DNA of 64,000 nucleotides from Peptoniphilaceae bacterium (GTDB lineage Bacteria; Bacillota; Clostridia; Tissierellales; Peptoniphilaceae): NCBI GenBank assembly GCA_022769085.1, contig JALEKO010000001.1, positions 21,135 to 85,134 of the forward strand, read 5' to 3'. Shown piece by piece: positions 29,142 to 39,654 of this stretch (position 1 is its first letter; each line of letters starts with the position of its first letter). The notes under the pieces were generated by a model. It saw only the letters and a program-made list of their open reading frames with translations, ran no database searches and was not told where the DNA came from. The position numbers and the translations under genes were made by a program.

Positions 29142-31061
29142 ATGAAAATTAATTTACCTGATGGAAGCATAAAAGAATATGAAAAAAAAGTAAAAGTTGA
29201 AAATGTAATTTCAGATATTTCAGAATCACTTTTAAGAGTATGTCTTGGAGCTGTAGTCAATGGAAAAATTTTAGGATTAAATGACGAAATAGAAGAAGAT
29301 AGTGATTTTAAAGCAGTAAAATTTGATGACCCAGAAGGAAAACAAATTTTTTGGCATACAACAAGCCATTTAATGGCATGTGCAATCAGTGAACTTTTTT
29401 CTGATGTAAAATTTGCAATAGGACCTTCTACAGAAACAGGATTTTATTATGATATGGATACAGAACACAGATTTGTACCAGAAGATTTAGAAAAAATTGA
29501 AAAAAGAATGCTTGAAATCGCAAAAAAAGGATATGAACTTGAAAAAATAGAAATTTCAAGAGAAGAAGCAATAAAATATTTTAAAGAAAAAAATCAAAAT
29601 TATAAAGTAGAAATAATTGAAGATTTACCAGAAGATGAAAAAATTTCACTATATAAACTTGGTGATTTTGTTGATTTATGTAAAGGACCGCATCTTAAAA
29701 ATACAAAAGATATAAAAGCTGTAAAACTTCTTTCAATAGCAGGAGCTTATTGGAGAGGTGACTCTGATAAACAAATGCTTCAGAGAATTTATGGAATTTC
29801 ATTCCCTAAAAAGAAACTTCTTGATGAAGAACTTGAAAGAAGAGCCGATGCAGAAAAAAGAGACCACAGAAAAATTGGAAAAGAAATGGGACTTTTTGAA
29901 TTTCATGAAGAAGGACCAGGATTCCCATTCTTTAAACCAAATGGAATGATAATAAAAAATTCACTAGAATATTGGTGGAGAGATGTTTTAAATCACAACG
30001 GATATGGTGAAATAGAAACACCAATAATATTAAATGATAAATTATGGCATCGTTCAGGCCATTGGGATCACTACAAAGAAAATATGTATTTTACAGAAAT
30101 TGATAATGAAGGATATGCTGTAAAACCAATGAACTGCCCAGGATCCGTATTAACATATTCAGATGAACAACATTCCTATAGAGATTTGCCAATAAGAATG
30201 GCAGAGTTTGGAAAAGTTCATAGACACGAACTTTCAGGAGCATTGCACGGACTTTTCAGAGTAAGAACATTCACACAAGATGATGCACATGTTTATTGCC
30301 TTCCTTCACAAATCGAAGAAGAAGTTGTAAAAATAATAGACCTTGCAGATTACCTTTACAGTACATTTGGTTTTAAATACACACTTGAGCTTTCAACAAG
30401 GCCAGATGATTTTATGGGAGATATTGAAAGTTGGAATTATGCAGAAGAAAGCCTTAAAAAAGTACTTGATACAAAAAAACTTGATTACAAAATAAATGAA
30501 GGTGATGGAGCATTTTATGGACCTAAAATCGACTTTCATATTCAAGATGCAGCAAAAAGAACTTGGCAATGTGGAACAATTCAGCTTGACTTCCAACTTC
30601 CTGAAAATTTTGATTTAACATATATAGATGAAAATGGAGAAAAGAAAAGACCGGTAATGATTCACAGAGCACTTTTTGGTTCACTTGAAAGATTTATTGG
30701 AATATTAACAGAACATTTTGCTGGCCATTTCCCATTATGGTTAAACCCACAACAAGTTGTAATAATACCAGTTTCAGATAAGTATCTTGATTTTGCAAAT
30801 GAACTTAAAGAAAAAATAGAGAAAAATAATTTTAGAGTAAAAGTTGATTCAAAAAATGAAAAAGTAGGTTATAAAATAAGAGAAGCTCAACTAATGAAAA
30901 CAAATTACATGTTAGTTGTAGGAGAAAATGAAAAAGAAAGTGGAAAACTTTCTGTAAGAAAAAGAAATGGTGAAGAAATAAAAAATGTAGATTTAGATGA
31001 TTTTATTTCAACTTTGAAAGAAGAAAAAGATACAAAATCAATAGAATCAATGCTTAATTAA
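29142..31061 (+). CDS. thrS: Threonine--tRNA ligase
   Basis: TGS domain start (MKINLPDGS), editing domain and class II core. The start is moved to the ATG 12 nt inside the track ORF (RBS GGAGGG). Confidence 0.95.
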   Translation: MKINLPDGSIKEYEKKVKVENVISDISESLLRVCLGAVVNGKILGLNDEIEEDSDFKAVKFDDPEGKQIFWHTTSHLMACAISELFSDVKFAIGPSTETGFYYDMDTEHRFVPEDLEKIEKRMLEIAKKGYELEKIEISREEAIKYFKEKNQNYKVEIIEDLPEDEKISLYKLGDFVDLCKGPHLKNTKDIKAVKLLSIAGAYWRGDSDKQMLQRIYGISFPKKKLLDEELERRADAEKRDHRKIGKEMGLFEFHEEGPGFPFFKPNGMIIKNSLEYWWRDVLNHNGYGEIETPIILNDKLWHRSGHWDHYKENMYFTEIDNEGYAVKPMNCPGSVLTYSDEQHSYRDLPIRMAEFGKVHRHELSGALHGLFRVRTFTQDDAHVYCLPSQIEEEVVKIIDLADYLYSTFGFKYTLELSTRPDDFMGDIESWNYAEESLKKVLDTKKLDYKINEGDGAFYGPKIDFHIQDAAKRTWQCGTIQLDFQLPENFDLTYIDENGEKKRPVMIHRALFGSLERFIGILTEHFAGHFPLWLNPQQVVIIPVSDKYLDFANELKEKIEKNNFRVKVDSKNEKVGYKIREAQLMKTNYMLVVGENEKESGKLSVRKRNGEEIKNVDLDDFISTLKEEKDTKSIESMLN

Positions 31062-31065
31062 ATGA

Positions 31066-31104
31066 TAAAAAATGATGATATTATATAATATCATCATTTT
31101 TTTA
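31066..31104 (+). terminator. Intrinsic terminator after thrS
   Basis: 13-bp stem aatgatgatatta/taatatcatcatt plus a T-run. Confidence 0.7.
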
Positions 31105-31306
31105 TGAAAAATTTGTAAATTTTAAAATATATAAAATATATTAAAAATTATTAATATTATTTTATTGGTATTTTCATAAAATGAATTTAAAACATTGTAA
31201 AATCAAAGCTGAGGGGTAATTCATCTTTTTGAATAAAATGCAAAAGTAAGTATAATTAAAAAGAAAAAAGTTTGCAAGAAAATTTTAAAATGGGGAAGCG
31301 TTAAGA

Positions 31307-32314
31307 ATGAAAAACAAAATTAAATTTAAAACCATACTTACAGCTGTAGCAGTTGCAACTTCACTTGGGTTAAATTCAAAATCATATGCATCAGATGAAG
31401 AAGTTGTTGAAGCAATTGAAAAAGAAATAACAGATGAAGATTTATCTTTAGAAAATAAAAATGAAGAAATAAAAGAAGAAACAGAAAAAGAAGACAAGAT
31501 TATAGAAAATACAGAAAACTTAGAAGAAAGTGAATATAAAGAAAACGAAAATATAAAAAACAAAAATTCAAATGTTGAATATCTTACTTTTGAAAAACTT
31601 GAAAATCCTAAAAATGTAGAATACGAAGAAGTTCTAAAACTAAATGAAAAGCTTGAAACTACAAAAGATTATGAAGAAAAAATACAACTAATAGAAAATA
31701 CTAAAAAAAATATAAAAGATACGGAACTTTTAGCACTGTTAGATAAAATAAAAGAAGCATTAAATAAAAAAGAAAATAGTGCAAATAACTTAATACTTTT
31801 AGAAGATGAACCAGAAAAAGAACAACAACAAACTATTGCAGACCAAGTTGTTGCACTTGTAATGCGACCTATGTCATATAATCTATATGAAAATACAAAA
31901 AATGAAGTCGAAAGAGGAAGAACTCTTTATGCAACAATAGATATTTGGACTTCTTACGGTTGTGATGATGGAGAAATAAGGCTACTTAGCTATCCAAATA
32001 ATGATAAAATAGATAAAGATTATGGTTTAATGAATGACTGGACTTTAGATTTCAATGCTGAAACTATGGAAGAGTATTTAGAGCGTGTGCCTGAAGGTTC
32101 TGAACTTTCTATTGCTATTAATAACAAAACTGGTGTAACTTTATTTAATATTTATAAATTTACACCACCTGAAGATTTTCCTTTAGGGGAAGTTGAAATA
32201 CCATTTAGAGTTACATTTTCTGATATGTCAATTAAAAATTTTACATATAAAGTAAATGTAGTGGAAAAAGTAAACGATGCAGATAGGTATGTATTAAAAT
32301 ATCCAAAAAAGTAG
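31307..32314 (+). CDS. Surface protein, N-terminal part (signal peptide, no anchor)
   Basis: 335 aa with Sec signal MKNKIKFKTILTAVAVATSLGLNSKSYA, followed by an acidic/lysine-rich region. Ends ..YPKK-TAG at an A6G run. Confidence 0.7.
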   Translation: MKNKIKFKTILTAVAVATSLGLNSKSYASDEEVVEAIEKEITDEDLSLENKNEEIKEETEKEDKIIENTENLEESEYKENENIKNKNSNVEYLTFEKLENPKNVEYEEVLKLNEKLETTKDYEEKIQLIENTKKNIKDTELLALLDKIKEALNKKENSANNLILLEDEPEKEQQQTIADQVVALVMRPMSYNLYENTKNEVERGRTLYATIDIWTSYGCDDGEIRLLSYPNNDKIDKDYGLMNDWTLDFNAETMEEYLERVPEGSELSIAINNKTGVTLFNIYKFTPPEDFPLGEVEIPFRVTFSDMSIKNFTYKVNVVEKVNDADRYVLKYPKK

Positions 32315-32346
32315 TTCAAAGAAATGGATTTAATGTAAGTAGCCTT

Positions 32347-34485
32347 ATGTATCCGCAAGAAATAAATACCAAAAGGACTATAACAACAAATGATGGAGTA
32401 TTTGTTTATGGAGATGACCCTTTTGATATTTATGGAAAAGATAAAGCAACAATAGAACCTAAAAAGTTTGAATTTGTTGAAAATGCACCAGAATTTTTAG
32501 AAATAGATGAAAAAACAGGAATTATTTCATTTAAACATGATGCACCTGATGAATTTGTAAATAAAAAGCTTGAGATTAAAGTAAAAGTAACTTATGAAGA
32601 TGACAGCTTTGATTATGCATTTTCAGAAATTTATATAGATGAAAATGAAGAAGATATTGAAAAATCATATATGGATGTTAACTATTCTTATGATGAAGTG
32701 CATCCTTTCCCAGTTGATTTATACTGGTTGGGCAATTACTTTGAAGGAGATGACACTTTAAAATTTATTTATAAAGTTTATCCAGGAGTTTCAGAAGGAA
32801 ATAAATTTGTATTAAAAAATTTAGACGGAGAAGTTTTAGGAGAACTTTTAGTTGACCCATATAATGAAGAAGAATACACAGAAAAAGATGTATATCTTGT
32901 TAATGATTGGGAACCTCTTAATGCAAGAATTGGAATTATAAAAATAAAAGATCCATCAAAAATGGGAAAAGCATCTGATATGTATAGGTTTGAATTAGAA
33001 CCTGCAGATAAAAATTTAAAGAATTTTGATTTTTCTTCATATAGTGGACTACGTCTGGATGAAAATGGTCCTTCATTTATTTCTTTTCCAATGGTATATC
33101 TAAAGCCAGAACTTAGTGATGAAATTTTGACAGTTCCAATTAATGGAAGTTTAAAAGAATTTGCTAGAGAGCCTTTTTTGACAGAAAACTACGAAAGAGC
33201 ATTTTATAATTTTTTTAAACAAGCTGATAAAGCTTTATACAATCGTATTGAGTGGGTAGAAAAACCTAGTACAAAAACACCTGGTTTAAAGTATGGAAAA
33301 GTAAAAGTTACATCACAGTTTGGTAGAGTTATTCCTTATGGTGAACGATATTTAGAATTGCCATTTTTTGACGTATCAATTTTAGATAAAAACCCAGAAG
33401 AATTAGATAAATATAGTTTTGAGCATTTTGGCAGAAGTGAACGGGTAAATTATATAGAACATTCAAAATGGGAATTTGAAGTACCAATACTTGTAGAGTT
33501 TGGAATAAAGCCAATTGAAGATAAAGAATATACTGAAGAAGAAAAAATAGACGAAATAGCAGTTGAAATACTTAGAACAAATATAACCAAAGGAAAAGTA
33601 ATAGCAGAAATAAAAGAACTTCCAGAATATCTTACATTTGAATATGACAAAGAAAAAGAAATAGGAAGAATAACAGGAAAATCACCAAAAATAAATGATT
33701 GGAAAGAAGACGAAGAAGAAAGAAATTATGAAATAACAGTAACTGCAAAAGATGAAGAAGGAAATGAAACATTAGAAACTTTCACAATAAAAATTAAAAA
33801 AGACAAAATACCACCAAAAGTAACACCAATAGATGATAAAACAGTAGTAGAAGGCGTAGAAATAACACCAATACCAGTAACAACAGATGATAAAAAAGCA
33901 ATAGTAACAGTAGAAGGATTACCTGATGGACTAACATACAATAAAGAGACTGGACAAATCGAAGGAGTTCCAACAAAGAAAGACGATTGGGGAGATGACA
34001 AAGAAAAAGAAATTAAAGTAACAGTAAAAGCGAAAGATGAAAATAACAACGAATCAACCCCAGTAGAATTTACGATCACATTACAAAGAGATACAGATGG
34101 AGATACAAACCCAGATGTAACAGACAAAGATGACGAAGGTAAATCAATCCCATGGACAGACATTGAAGACATAGCAAAGCCTATAGAAAAAGAAGAAGAA
34201 CATAAATCAATCCCGTGGACAGACATTGAAGACATAGCAAAACCTATAGAAAAAGAAGAAGAACATAAATCAATCCCATGGATAGATATTGAAGACATAG
34301 CAAAACCTATAGATAAAGAACAAAGCGAAGATGAGAAAGATGCAACTACAAAAACTATTGATAAAACAGTAGCTTATAAAACATCTACAACAAATCCAAA
34401 AACAGGTGTTTTATCAATAACAGGACTTTTAGGAGCGGTTGCAGCAGCTGCAAGTGAACTTGAAAAAAGAAAAAAAGATAAATAA
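32347..34485 (+). CDS. Surface protein, C-terminal part (Ig-like repeats, NPKTG sortase signal, no signal peptide)
   Basis: 712 aa with no signal peptide and no SD before the ATG. The frame is open upstream to 32287. The C-terminus is NPKTG, then a hydrophobic stretch, then KRKKDK. Probably continues the upstream ORF. Confidence 0.7.
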   Translation: MYPQEINTKRTITTNDGVFVYGDDPFDIYGKDKATIEPKKFEFVENAPEFLEIDEKTGIISFKHDAPDEFVNKKLEIKVKVTYEDDSFDYAFSEIYIDENEEDIEKSYMDVNYSYDEVHPFPVDLYWLGNYFEGDDTLKFIYKVYPGVSEGNKFVLKNLDGEVLGELLVDPYNEEEYTEKDVYLVNDWEPLNARIGIIKIKDPSKMGKASDMYRFELEPADKNLKNFDFSSYSGLRLDENGPSFISFPMVYLKPELSDEILTVPINGSLKEFAREPFLTENYERAFYNFFKQADKALYNRIEWVEKPSTKTPGLKYGKVKVTSQFGRVIPYGERYLELPFFDVSILDKNPEELDKYSFEHFGRSERVNYIEHSKWEFEVPILVEFGIKPIEDKEYTEEEKIDEIAVEILRTNITKGKVIAEIKELPEYLTFEYDKEKEIGRITGKSPKINDWKEDEEERNYEITVTAKDEEGNETLETFTIKIKKDKIPPKVTPIDDKTVVEGVEITPIPVTTDDKKAIVTVEGLPDGLTYNKETGQIEGVPTKKDDWGDDKEKEIKVTVKAKDENNNESTPVEFTITLQRDTDGDTNPDVTDKDDEGKSIPWTDIEDIAKPIEKEEEHKSIPWTDIEDIAKPIEKEEEHKSIPWIDIEDIAKPIDKEQSEDEKDATTKTIDKTVAYKTSTTNPKTGVLSITGLLGAVAAAASELEKRKKDK
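34141..34320 (+). repeat. 63-bp tandem coding repeat, about 2.9 copies
   Basis: KSIPWTDIEDIAKPIEKEEEH occurs twice, plus a partial third copy. The DNA copies are near-identical. Confidence 0.85.
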
Positions 34486-34492
34486 AATTTTT

Positions 34493-34518
34493 AAAGCATC
34501 CAAATTTGGATGCTTTTT
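34493..34518 (+). terminator. Intrinsic terminator after the surface protein gene
   Basis: Palindromic hairpin aaagcatccaaa/tttggatgcttt plus T's. Confidence 0.7.
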
Positions 34519-34639
34519 ACTTACTAAATTTAAAATTTTAAAAATACAGAAAAAAGGAATTTAAACGAAAAAAATCTATGTAAAAAATTTTTATAAAAAA
34601 AATTTGATATTTTTTAATTTATGGTATATAATATTTTCA

Positions 34640-34936
34640 ATAAAAAAATGTGGATATGGAAAAGTACGATTAAAGGCGTTTAAAGAGAAGTAGCGGTTGG
34701 TGAAAGCTACAAAACAATTTTTTTCAGAAAATCACCATTGAACAGCAAATCTGAACAACAGTAAGATTTGTCGGGATCTCCCGTTACAGAGATATTCATT
34801 TCAAAACAGAGTGCATCGTTAAAAGATATCGTTTAAAGATGAAGAAGAGTGGTACCGCGGAAGTAGTGTATAAATAAATTTGCAAACATAACTTTCGTCT
34901 CTTCACCAAGGGTGATTGAGACGGAAGTTTTTTTAT
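34640..34936 (+). promoter_or_regulatory. T-box leader (apparent specifier AUC, Ile) for the ilv operon
   Basis: Preceded by TTGATA-17-TATAAT. AGAGA box and GGTTGGTGAAAGC distal loop. GAAA-ATC-A at 34731-34733, in the same context as the thrS specifier. T-box motif AGAGTGGTACCGCGG. Terminator ctttcgtctc/gagacggaag plus T7. Confidence 0.75.
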
Positions 34937-34969
34937 TGCCCTTAAAAATAAAAAATAAAGGAGAAAAAA

Positions 34970-35194
34970 ATGCAAAAAAAATTATACGCAAATTTATTAC
35001 ATGGAATGGATTCTTTTATGAGAGTAGCAATGACATTAAGAAGAAGAGAACTAAAGCTTAAGTCAATATCAATGACAAATGACTGTAAAGATGTAGAACT
35101 TGTATTAAATGAAGATGATACACCTTTAGATGCGGTTTTATCGCATATGAATAAACTTTGTGATGTTGAAAATTTAAGAGTTGTTAATTTATAA
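34970..35194 (+). CDS. IlvM-like ACT-only small subunit of acetolactate synthase
   Basis: 74 aa. [30 protein letters not shown] parallels E. coli IlvM LERVLRVVRHRGFHVCSMNM..LNKLVDVAHV as recalled. Strong RBS. First gene after the T-box. Confidence 0.5.
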   Translation: MQKKLYANLLHGMDSFMRVAMTLRRRELKLKSISMTNDCKDVELVLNEDDTPLDAVLSHMNKLCDVENLRVVNL

Positions 35195-35219
35195 AAATAA
35201 AAAGAAAGAGGACAAAAAA

Positions 35220-36215
35220 ATGGCAAAAATGTATTATGACAAAGATGTTGATGTAAATGAACTTAAAAATTTAAAAATAGTTGTTGTAGGTTATGGAAGT
35301 CAAGGGCATGCTCATGCACAAAATTTAAGAGACTCTGGATGTAATGTAAAAGTTGCACTATATGATGGAAGTAAATCAATTGAAAAAGCTAAAAAAGATG
35401 GATTTGAAGTTTTAAATGTAGAATCTGCATCAAAAGAAGCAGATTTGCTTGTTATGTTAATACCAGATGAAAAACAAAAACAAGTTTATGATATGTACAT
35501 AAAAGATAATTTAAAAGAAGGCCAAACTCTTGTTTTTGCTCATGGATTTAATATTCATTTTGGACAAATCACCCCACCTGATTTTGTGGATGTATTTATG
35601 GTTGCACCAAAAGGACCGGGACATTTGGTAAGAGATGTTTTTTTACAAGGAAGTGGAGTTCCTGCAGTTTTTGCAGTTGAAAATGATTATTCTGGAAATG
35701 CTTATAAACTTGTACTTCAATATGCAAAAGCAATTGGTGCAACAAGAGCTGGAGTTTTAGAGACGACTTTTAAAGAAGAAACTGAAACAGACCTTTTTGG
35801 AGAGCAGGCAGTACTTTGTGGTGGTGTAAATTCACTAATGAAAGCAGGTTTTGAAACACTTGTTTCTGCAGGGTATCAAAAAGAAGTTGCATATTTTGAT
35901 TGTGTTCATGAAATGAAACTTGTAGTAGACCTTCTTTATAAAGGCGGATTTGAGGGAATGAGATATTCAATAAGTGATACTGCAGAATATGGTGATTATG
36001 TTTCTGGAAAAAGAATTGTAGATGATCATGTGAAAAATTCAATGAAAGAAGTTTTAAAAGATATCCAGTCTGGAAAATTTGCTAAAGAGTGGATAGAAGA
36101 AAACGAAAACGGAAGAAAAAATTTCAATAAATATAGACAAGATGCTTTAAATGATGAAATAAGTGAAGTTGGTAGAAATTTAAGAAGCATGATGACATTT
36201 TTAAATAAAAAATAG
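35220..36215 (+). CDS. ilvC: Ketol-acid reductoisomerase
   Basis: MAKMYYDKD.. start with the [17 protein letters not shown] motif. The start is moved to 35220 (RBS AAGAGGA). Confidence 0.9.
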   Translation: MAKMYYDKDVDVNELKNLKIVVVGYGSQGHAHAQNLRDSGCNVKVALYDGSKSIEKAKKDGFEVLNVESASKEADLLVMLIPDEKQKQVYDMYIKDNLKEGQTLVFAHGFNIHFGQITPPDFVDVFMVAPKGPGHLVRDVFLQGSGVPAVFAVENDYSGNAYKLVLQYAKAIGATRAGVLETTFKEETETDLFGEQAVLCGGVNSLMKAGFETLVSAGYQKEVAYFDCVHEMKLVVDLLYKGGFEGMRYSISDTAEYGDYVSGKRIVDDHVKNSMKEVLKDIQSGKFAKEWIEENENGRKNFNKYRQDALNDEISEVGRNLRSMMTFLNKK

Positions 36216-36224
36216 GAAATTAGA

Positions 36225-37874
36225 ATGAAAAGTGATTTGGCAAAAAAAGGGCTTACAAAAGCACCCCATAGAGCATTATTAAAAGCTGATGGATTAACAG
36301 ATGAAGAAATTGAAAAACCATTTATAGGAGTAGTAAATTCATTTAATGAAATTGTTCCTGGTCATATAGGTCTTAGAGAAATTTCAGATGCTGTAAAAAG
36401 ATCAATTCTTGCAAATGGAGCAACCCCTTTAGAATTTCCAGCAATAGCTGTTTGTGATGGAATTTCAATGAATCACGAAGGAATGAAATATTCACTTGTT
36501 TCTAGGGAAATAATTTGCGATAGCATAGAAGTTATGGCAAAGGCTCATTCATTAGATGCTTTAGTTTTAATTCCGTCATGTGATAAAGTTGTTCCTGCAA
36601 TGTTAATGGCAGCTGCAAGAATAAATATTCCTTCAATTATTGTAAGTGGAGGGCCAATGCTTGCAGGAAAATACAATGGAGAAAACGTAGATATAACGAC
36701 GATTTTTGAAGCAGTTGGCAAAGTTTCAGATGGAAAAATGACACAAGATGAACTATATAAACTTGAAGAAAATGCATGTCCAACATGTGGTTCATGTTCT
36801 GGTATGTTTACTGCAAATTCTATGAATTGCATGACAGAAGCTTTGGGAATGGCGTTAAACGGAAATGCAACCGTTCCAGCGGTTTTCTCAGAAAGAAAAA
36901 GAATTGCAAAATATACAGGAAAGGCTATTGTAAATCTTTTGAAAAAAAATATAAGACCAAGAGATATTATGACAAAAGAAGCTTTTGACAATGCAATGAG
37001 AGTTGATATGGCATTAGGATGTTCTACAAATACAGTTTTACATTTAACTGCAATTGCTCATGAAGCAGGAATCGACATTAATTTAGATGATTTAAATCAC
37101 TCAAGTGAAATAACTCCAAATCTATGTAGACTTTCTCCTGCAGGAGGAAATTACATGCAAGATTTAAATGACTCTGGAGGAGTTAAAGCTGTAATGAATG
37201 AACTTAGCAAATTGAATTTGATGAATTTAGATTGTATGACATCTTACGGAGTTACTTTAAAAGAAACTCTTCATGAAAAAAAAGACGATAAAGTTATAAG
37301 AGATTATGACAACCCTTATTCACGTGATGGTGGAATAAAAATATTAAGAGGAAATCTTGCTCCAAATGGTGCGGTTATAAAAAAATCGGCAGTGGATTCT
37401 TCTGTAAAAACATTTAAAGGGGAAGCAAAAGTATATAATGGTGAAGATTTTGCAGTAGATGATATTTTAAAAGGAAAAATTCAAAAAGGTGATGTTGTTG
37501 TAATAAGATATGAAGGGCCTAAAGGAGGACCTGGAATGAGAGAAATGCTTACACCAACATCAGCATTATCAGGAATGGGGCTTGACAAAGACGTTTGCCT
37601 TTTAACCGATGGAAGATTTTCTGGAGGAACTAGAGGTTTTTGTATTGGTCATATTTCTCCAGAAGCTTATGAAGGTGGAATGATAGGTCTTTTAGAAGAT
37701 GGTGATGAAATTTTTGTAGATTTATTAAATTTAAAACTTGAAGTTAAAATTTCAAATGAAGAACTAGAAAAAAGAAAAAGAAAATTTAAAGTACTTAAAA
37801 AAGAAGTTGATGGATACTTGTCAAAATATGTAAAACTTGTTTCTTCAGCGGATAAAGGTGCAATATGTTCGTAA
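36225..37874 (+). CDS. ilvD: Dihydroxy-acid dehydratase
   Basis: 549 aa with CDGISM and [16 protein letters not shown] Fe-S motifs. Confidence 0.9.
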   Translation: MKSDLAKKGLTKAPHRALLKADGLTDEEIEKPFIGVVNSFNEIVPGHIGLREISDAVKRSILANGATPLEFPAIAVCDGISMNHEGMKYSLVSREIICDSIEVMAKAHSLDALVLIPSCDKVVPAMLMAAARINIPSIIVSGGPMLAGKYNGENVDITTIFEAVGKVSDGKMTQDELYKLEENACPTCGSCSGMFTANSMNCMTEALGMALNGNATVPAVFSERKRIAKYTGKAIVNLLKKNIRPRDIMTKEAFDNAMRVDMALGCSTNTVLHLTAIAHEAGIDINLDDLNHSSEITPNLCRLSPAGGNYMQDLNDSGGVKAVMNELSKLNLMNLDCMTSYGVTLKETLHEKKDDKVIRDYDNPYSRDGGIKILRGNLAPNGAVIKKSAVDSSVKTFKGEAKVYNGEDFAVDDILKGKIQKGDVVVIRYEGPKGGPGMREMLTPTSALSGMGLDKDVCLLTDGRFSGGTRGFCIGHISPEAYEGGMIGLLEDGDEIFVDLLNLKLEVKISNEELEKRKRKFKVLKKEVDGYLSKYVKLVSSADKGAICS

Positions 37875-37884
37875 GGTTAAGAAA

Positions 37885-39555
37885 ATGAATGGTGCAAAGT
37901 TAGTATTAGAGTGTTTAAAAAGAGAAAAAGTAAATACGCTTTTTGGTTATCCTGGAGGAGCTGTAATTCCTTTATATGATGCACTTTTTGATTATAAAGA
38001 TGATTTTGTTCATATAAGAGGTTCTCATGAACAGGGAATAATTCATGCTGCAGACGGTTATGCAAGAGCAACTGGAAAAGTTGGAGTTGGAATTGTAACA
38101 TCAGGGCCTGGAGCTACAAATGCTATAACAGCAATTGCAACTGCATATATGGATTCATCTGCTTTAGTGGTTATATCAGGTCAAGTTGGAACTGCACTTC
38201 TAGGAAAAGATTCGTTTCAGGAAATAGATATAACAGGAATGACATTATCTGTTACAAAACACAATTATTTATTAAGAAATACACGTGAAATTGCACCAAC
38301 AATAAAAGAAGCCTTTAAAATTGCACAGTCTGGAAGAAAAGGACCTGTTTTAATAGATATTCCAAAAAATCTTTTCACAGAGGAAATTGACTTTAATCCT
38401 TTTAATGATGAATATTTTTCAATTGATGAAAAAGATTATAATATAGGCTTTAAAGAATTTACTTTTGAAGATATAGAAAAAGCAATTGAAATGATTTCAA
38501 ATTCTAAAAAGCCTGTAATTTATGCTGGTGGAGGAATTAAGTCTTCAAATTCTTTTGATGAACTTTTAGAATTTGCAACAAAACAAGATATCCCAGTTGT
38601 AAATACATTGATGGGGCTTTCTGGAATTGATAGAGATAATCCGCTTTCTTTAGGACTTATGGGAATGCATGGTTTTAAAGAGGCAAATTTTGCAGTATCA
38701 AAAGCAGATTTAATTATAGCGCTTGGTGCAAGATTTTCTGACAGGGGAACAGGGTTAACTGATTCTTTTGCAAAAGATGCAAAAAAAATTCATATAGATA
38801 TAGATAAAAGTGAAATAAATAAAAATATAAAAACAGATTTAGAAATTATTGGTTCATCTAAAATTGTTCTTCCTCTACTTACAAAAAATCTTGAAAAAAA
38901 AGATAGAAGTAAATGGAAAAAAGAAATAAATAGTTTTAAGGAAGAGTCAAAAATTGATAAAGAAATATTCCATCCTAAAAATATTCTTGAAGTTTTAAAT
39001 AAAGCTTATGAAAAAGAAGAAACAATTCTTGTTACAGATGTAGGACAACATCAAATGTGGGCTGCACAATATTGGAATTTTAAAAATGGAAAAAATTTTA
39101 TAACATCAGGTGGACTTGGAACGATGGGCTTTGGTTTGGGAGCTGCAATAGGAGCTTGTGTTGGAAAGAGTGAAAAGAAAACTATACTTGTAACAGGAGA
39201 TGGTTCTTTTAGAATGAATATGAATGAGCTTGCAACTGTAAATGATTATAATTTACCTATTGTAATAGTTTTGTTTAATAACAACACACTTGGAATGGTA
39301 AGGCAGTGGCAAAAATTATTTTCAAACAAAAGATATTCGCAGACAGATATAAAAGCAAATATAGATTATAAAAAACTTACAGATGCTTTTAATATTAAAT
39401 CTTTTGAAGTTAATAGTATAGATAATTTAAAAAAAATTTTAGAAAATTATAACAATAAAGAACCAATTTTTATACAATGTAATATTGATAAAGATTTTGA
39501 TGTTTACCCAATAGTGCCACCAAATGATAATTTAGAACATTTAATTGTTGGATAA
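37885..39555 (+). CDS. ilvB: Acetolactate synthase large subunit
   Basis: ThDP enzyme with GYPGGA and GGLGTMGFGLGAAIGA motifs. The start is moved to 37885 (MNGAKLV..). Confidence 0.9.
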   Translation: MNGAKLVLECLKREKVNTLFGYPGGAVIPLYDALFDYKDDFVHIRGSHEQGIIHAADGYARATGKVGVGIVTSGPGATNAITAIATAYMDSSALVVISGQVGTALLGKDSFQEIDITGMTLSVTKHNYLLRNTREIAPTIKEAFKIAQSGRKGPVLIDIPKNLFTEEIDFNPFNDEYFSIDEKDYNIGFKEFTFEDIEKAIEMISNSKKPVIYAGGGIKSSNSFDELLEFATKQDIPVVNTLMGLSGIDRDNPLSLGLMGMHGFKEANFAVSKADLIIALGARFSDRGTGLTDSFAKDAKKIHIDIDKSEINKNIKTDLEIIGSSKIVLPLLTKNLEKKDRSKWKKEINSFKEESKIDKEIFHPKNILEVLNKAYEKEETILVTDVGQHQMWAAQYWNFKNGKNFITSGGLGTMGFGLGAAIGACVGKSEKKTILVTGDGSFRMNMNELATVNDYNLPIVIVLFNNNTLGMVRQWQKLFSNKRYSQTDIKANIDYKKLTDAFNIKSFEVNSIDNLKKILENYNNKEPIFIQCNIDKDFDVYPIVPPNDNLEHLIVG

Positions 39556-39580
39556 AAATATTATAATATAATACTTCTTT

Positions 39581-39618
39581 AAAGAAACGGAAAAAACATT
39601 CCGTTTCTTTTTGTTTTT
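39581..39618 (+). terminator. Intrinsic terminator after ilvB
   Basis: Perfect 10-bp stem aaagaaacgg/ccgtttcttt plus a T-run. Confidence 0.7.
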
Positions 39619-39654
39619 GAAATAAGTATAATAATACAGGAAAAGGAGTAAGTT

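Noticed and set aside
32312-32400. Stimulatory hairpin or pseudoknot downstream of the A_AAA_AAG site, and an SD-like element upstream
   Set aside because: I found only weak 4-bp pairings (ggat/atcc, cctt/aagg) and no SD-like element at the dnaX-type distance. Programmed frameshifting therefore remains only one of three explanations.
33726-34298. 190-aa minus-strand ORF (with 33794-33976 and 33450-33650)
   Set aside because: It is antisense to the repeat-rich end of the surface protein gene. Its periodic Ser-rich product simply mirrors the sense-strand repeats.
34141-34320. Tandem direct repeats as a possible CRISPR array
   Set aside because: The repeats are contiguous with no spacers, lie in frame inside a CDS, and encode a repeated peptide. 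There are no cas genes in the window.
36545-36991. 148-aa minus-strand ORF inside ilvD (also 44279-44671, 46097-46454, 53307-53747 and 62148-62396 in other genes)
   Set aside because: These are antisense to strongly supported conserved genes and are reverse-frame artefacts.
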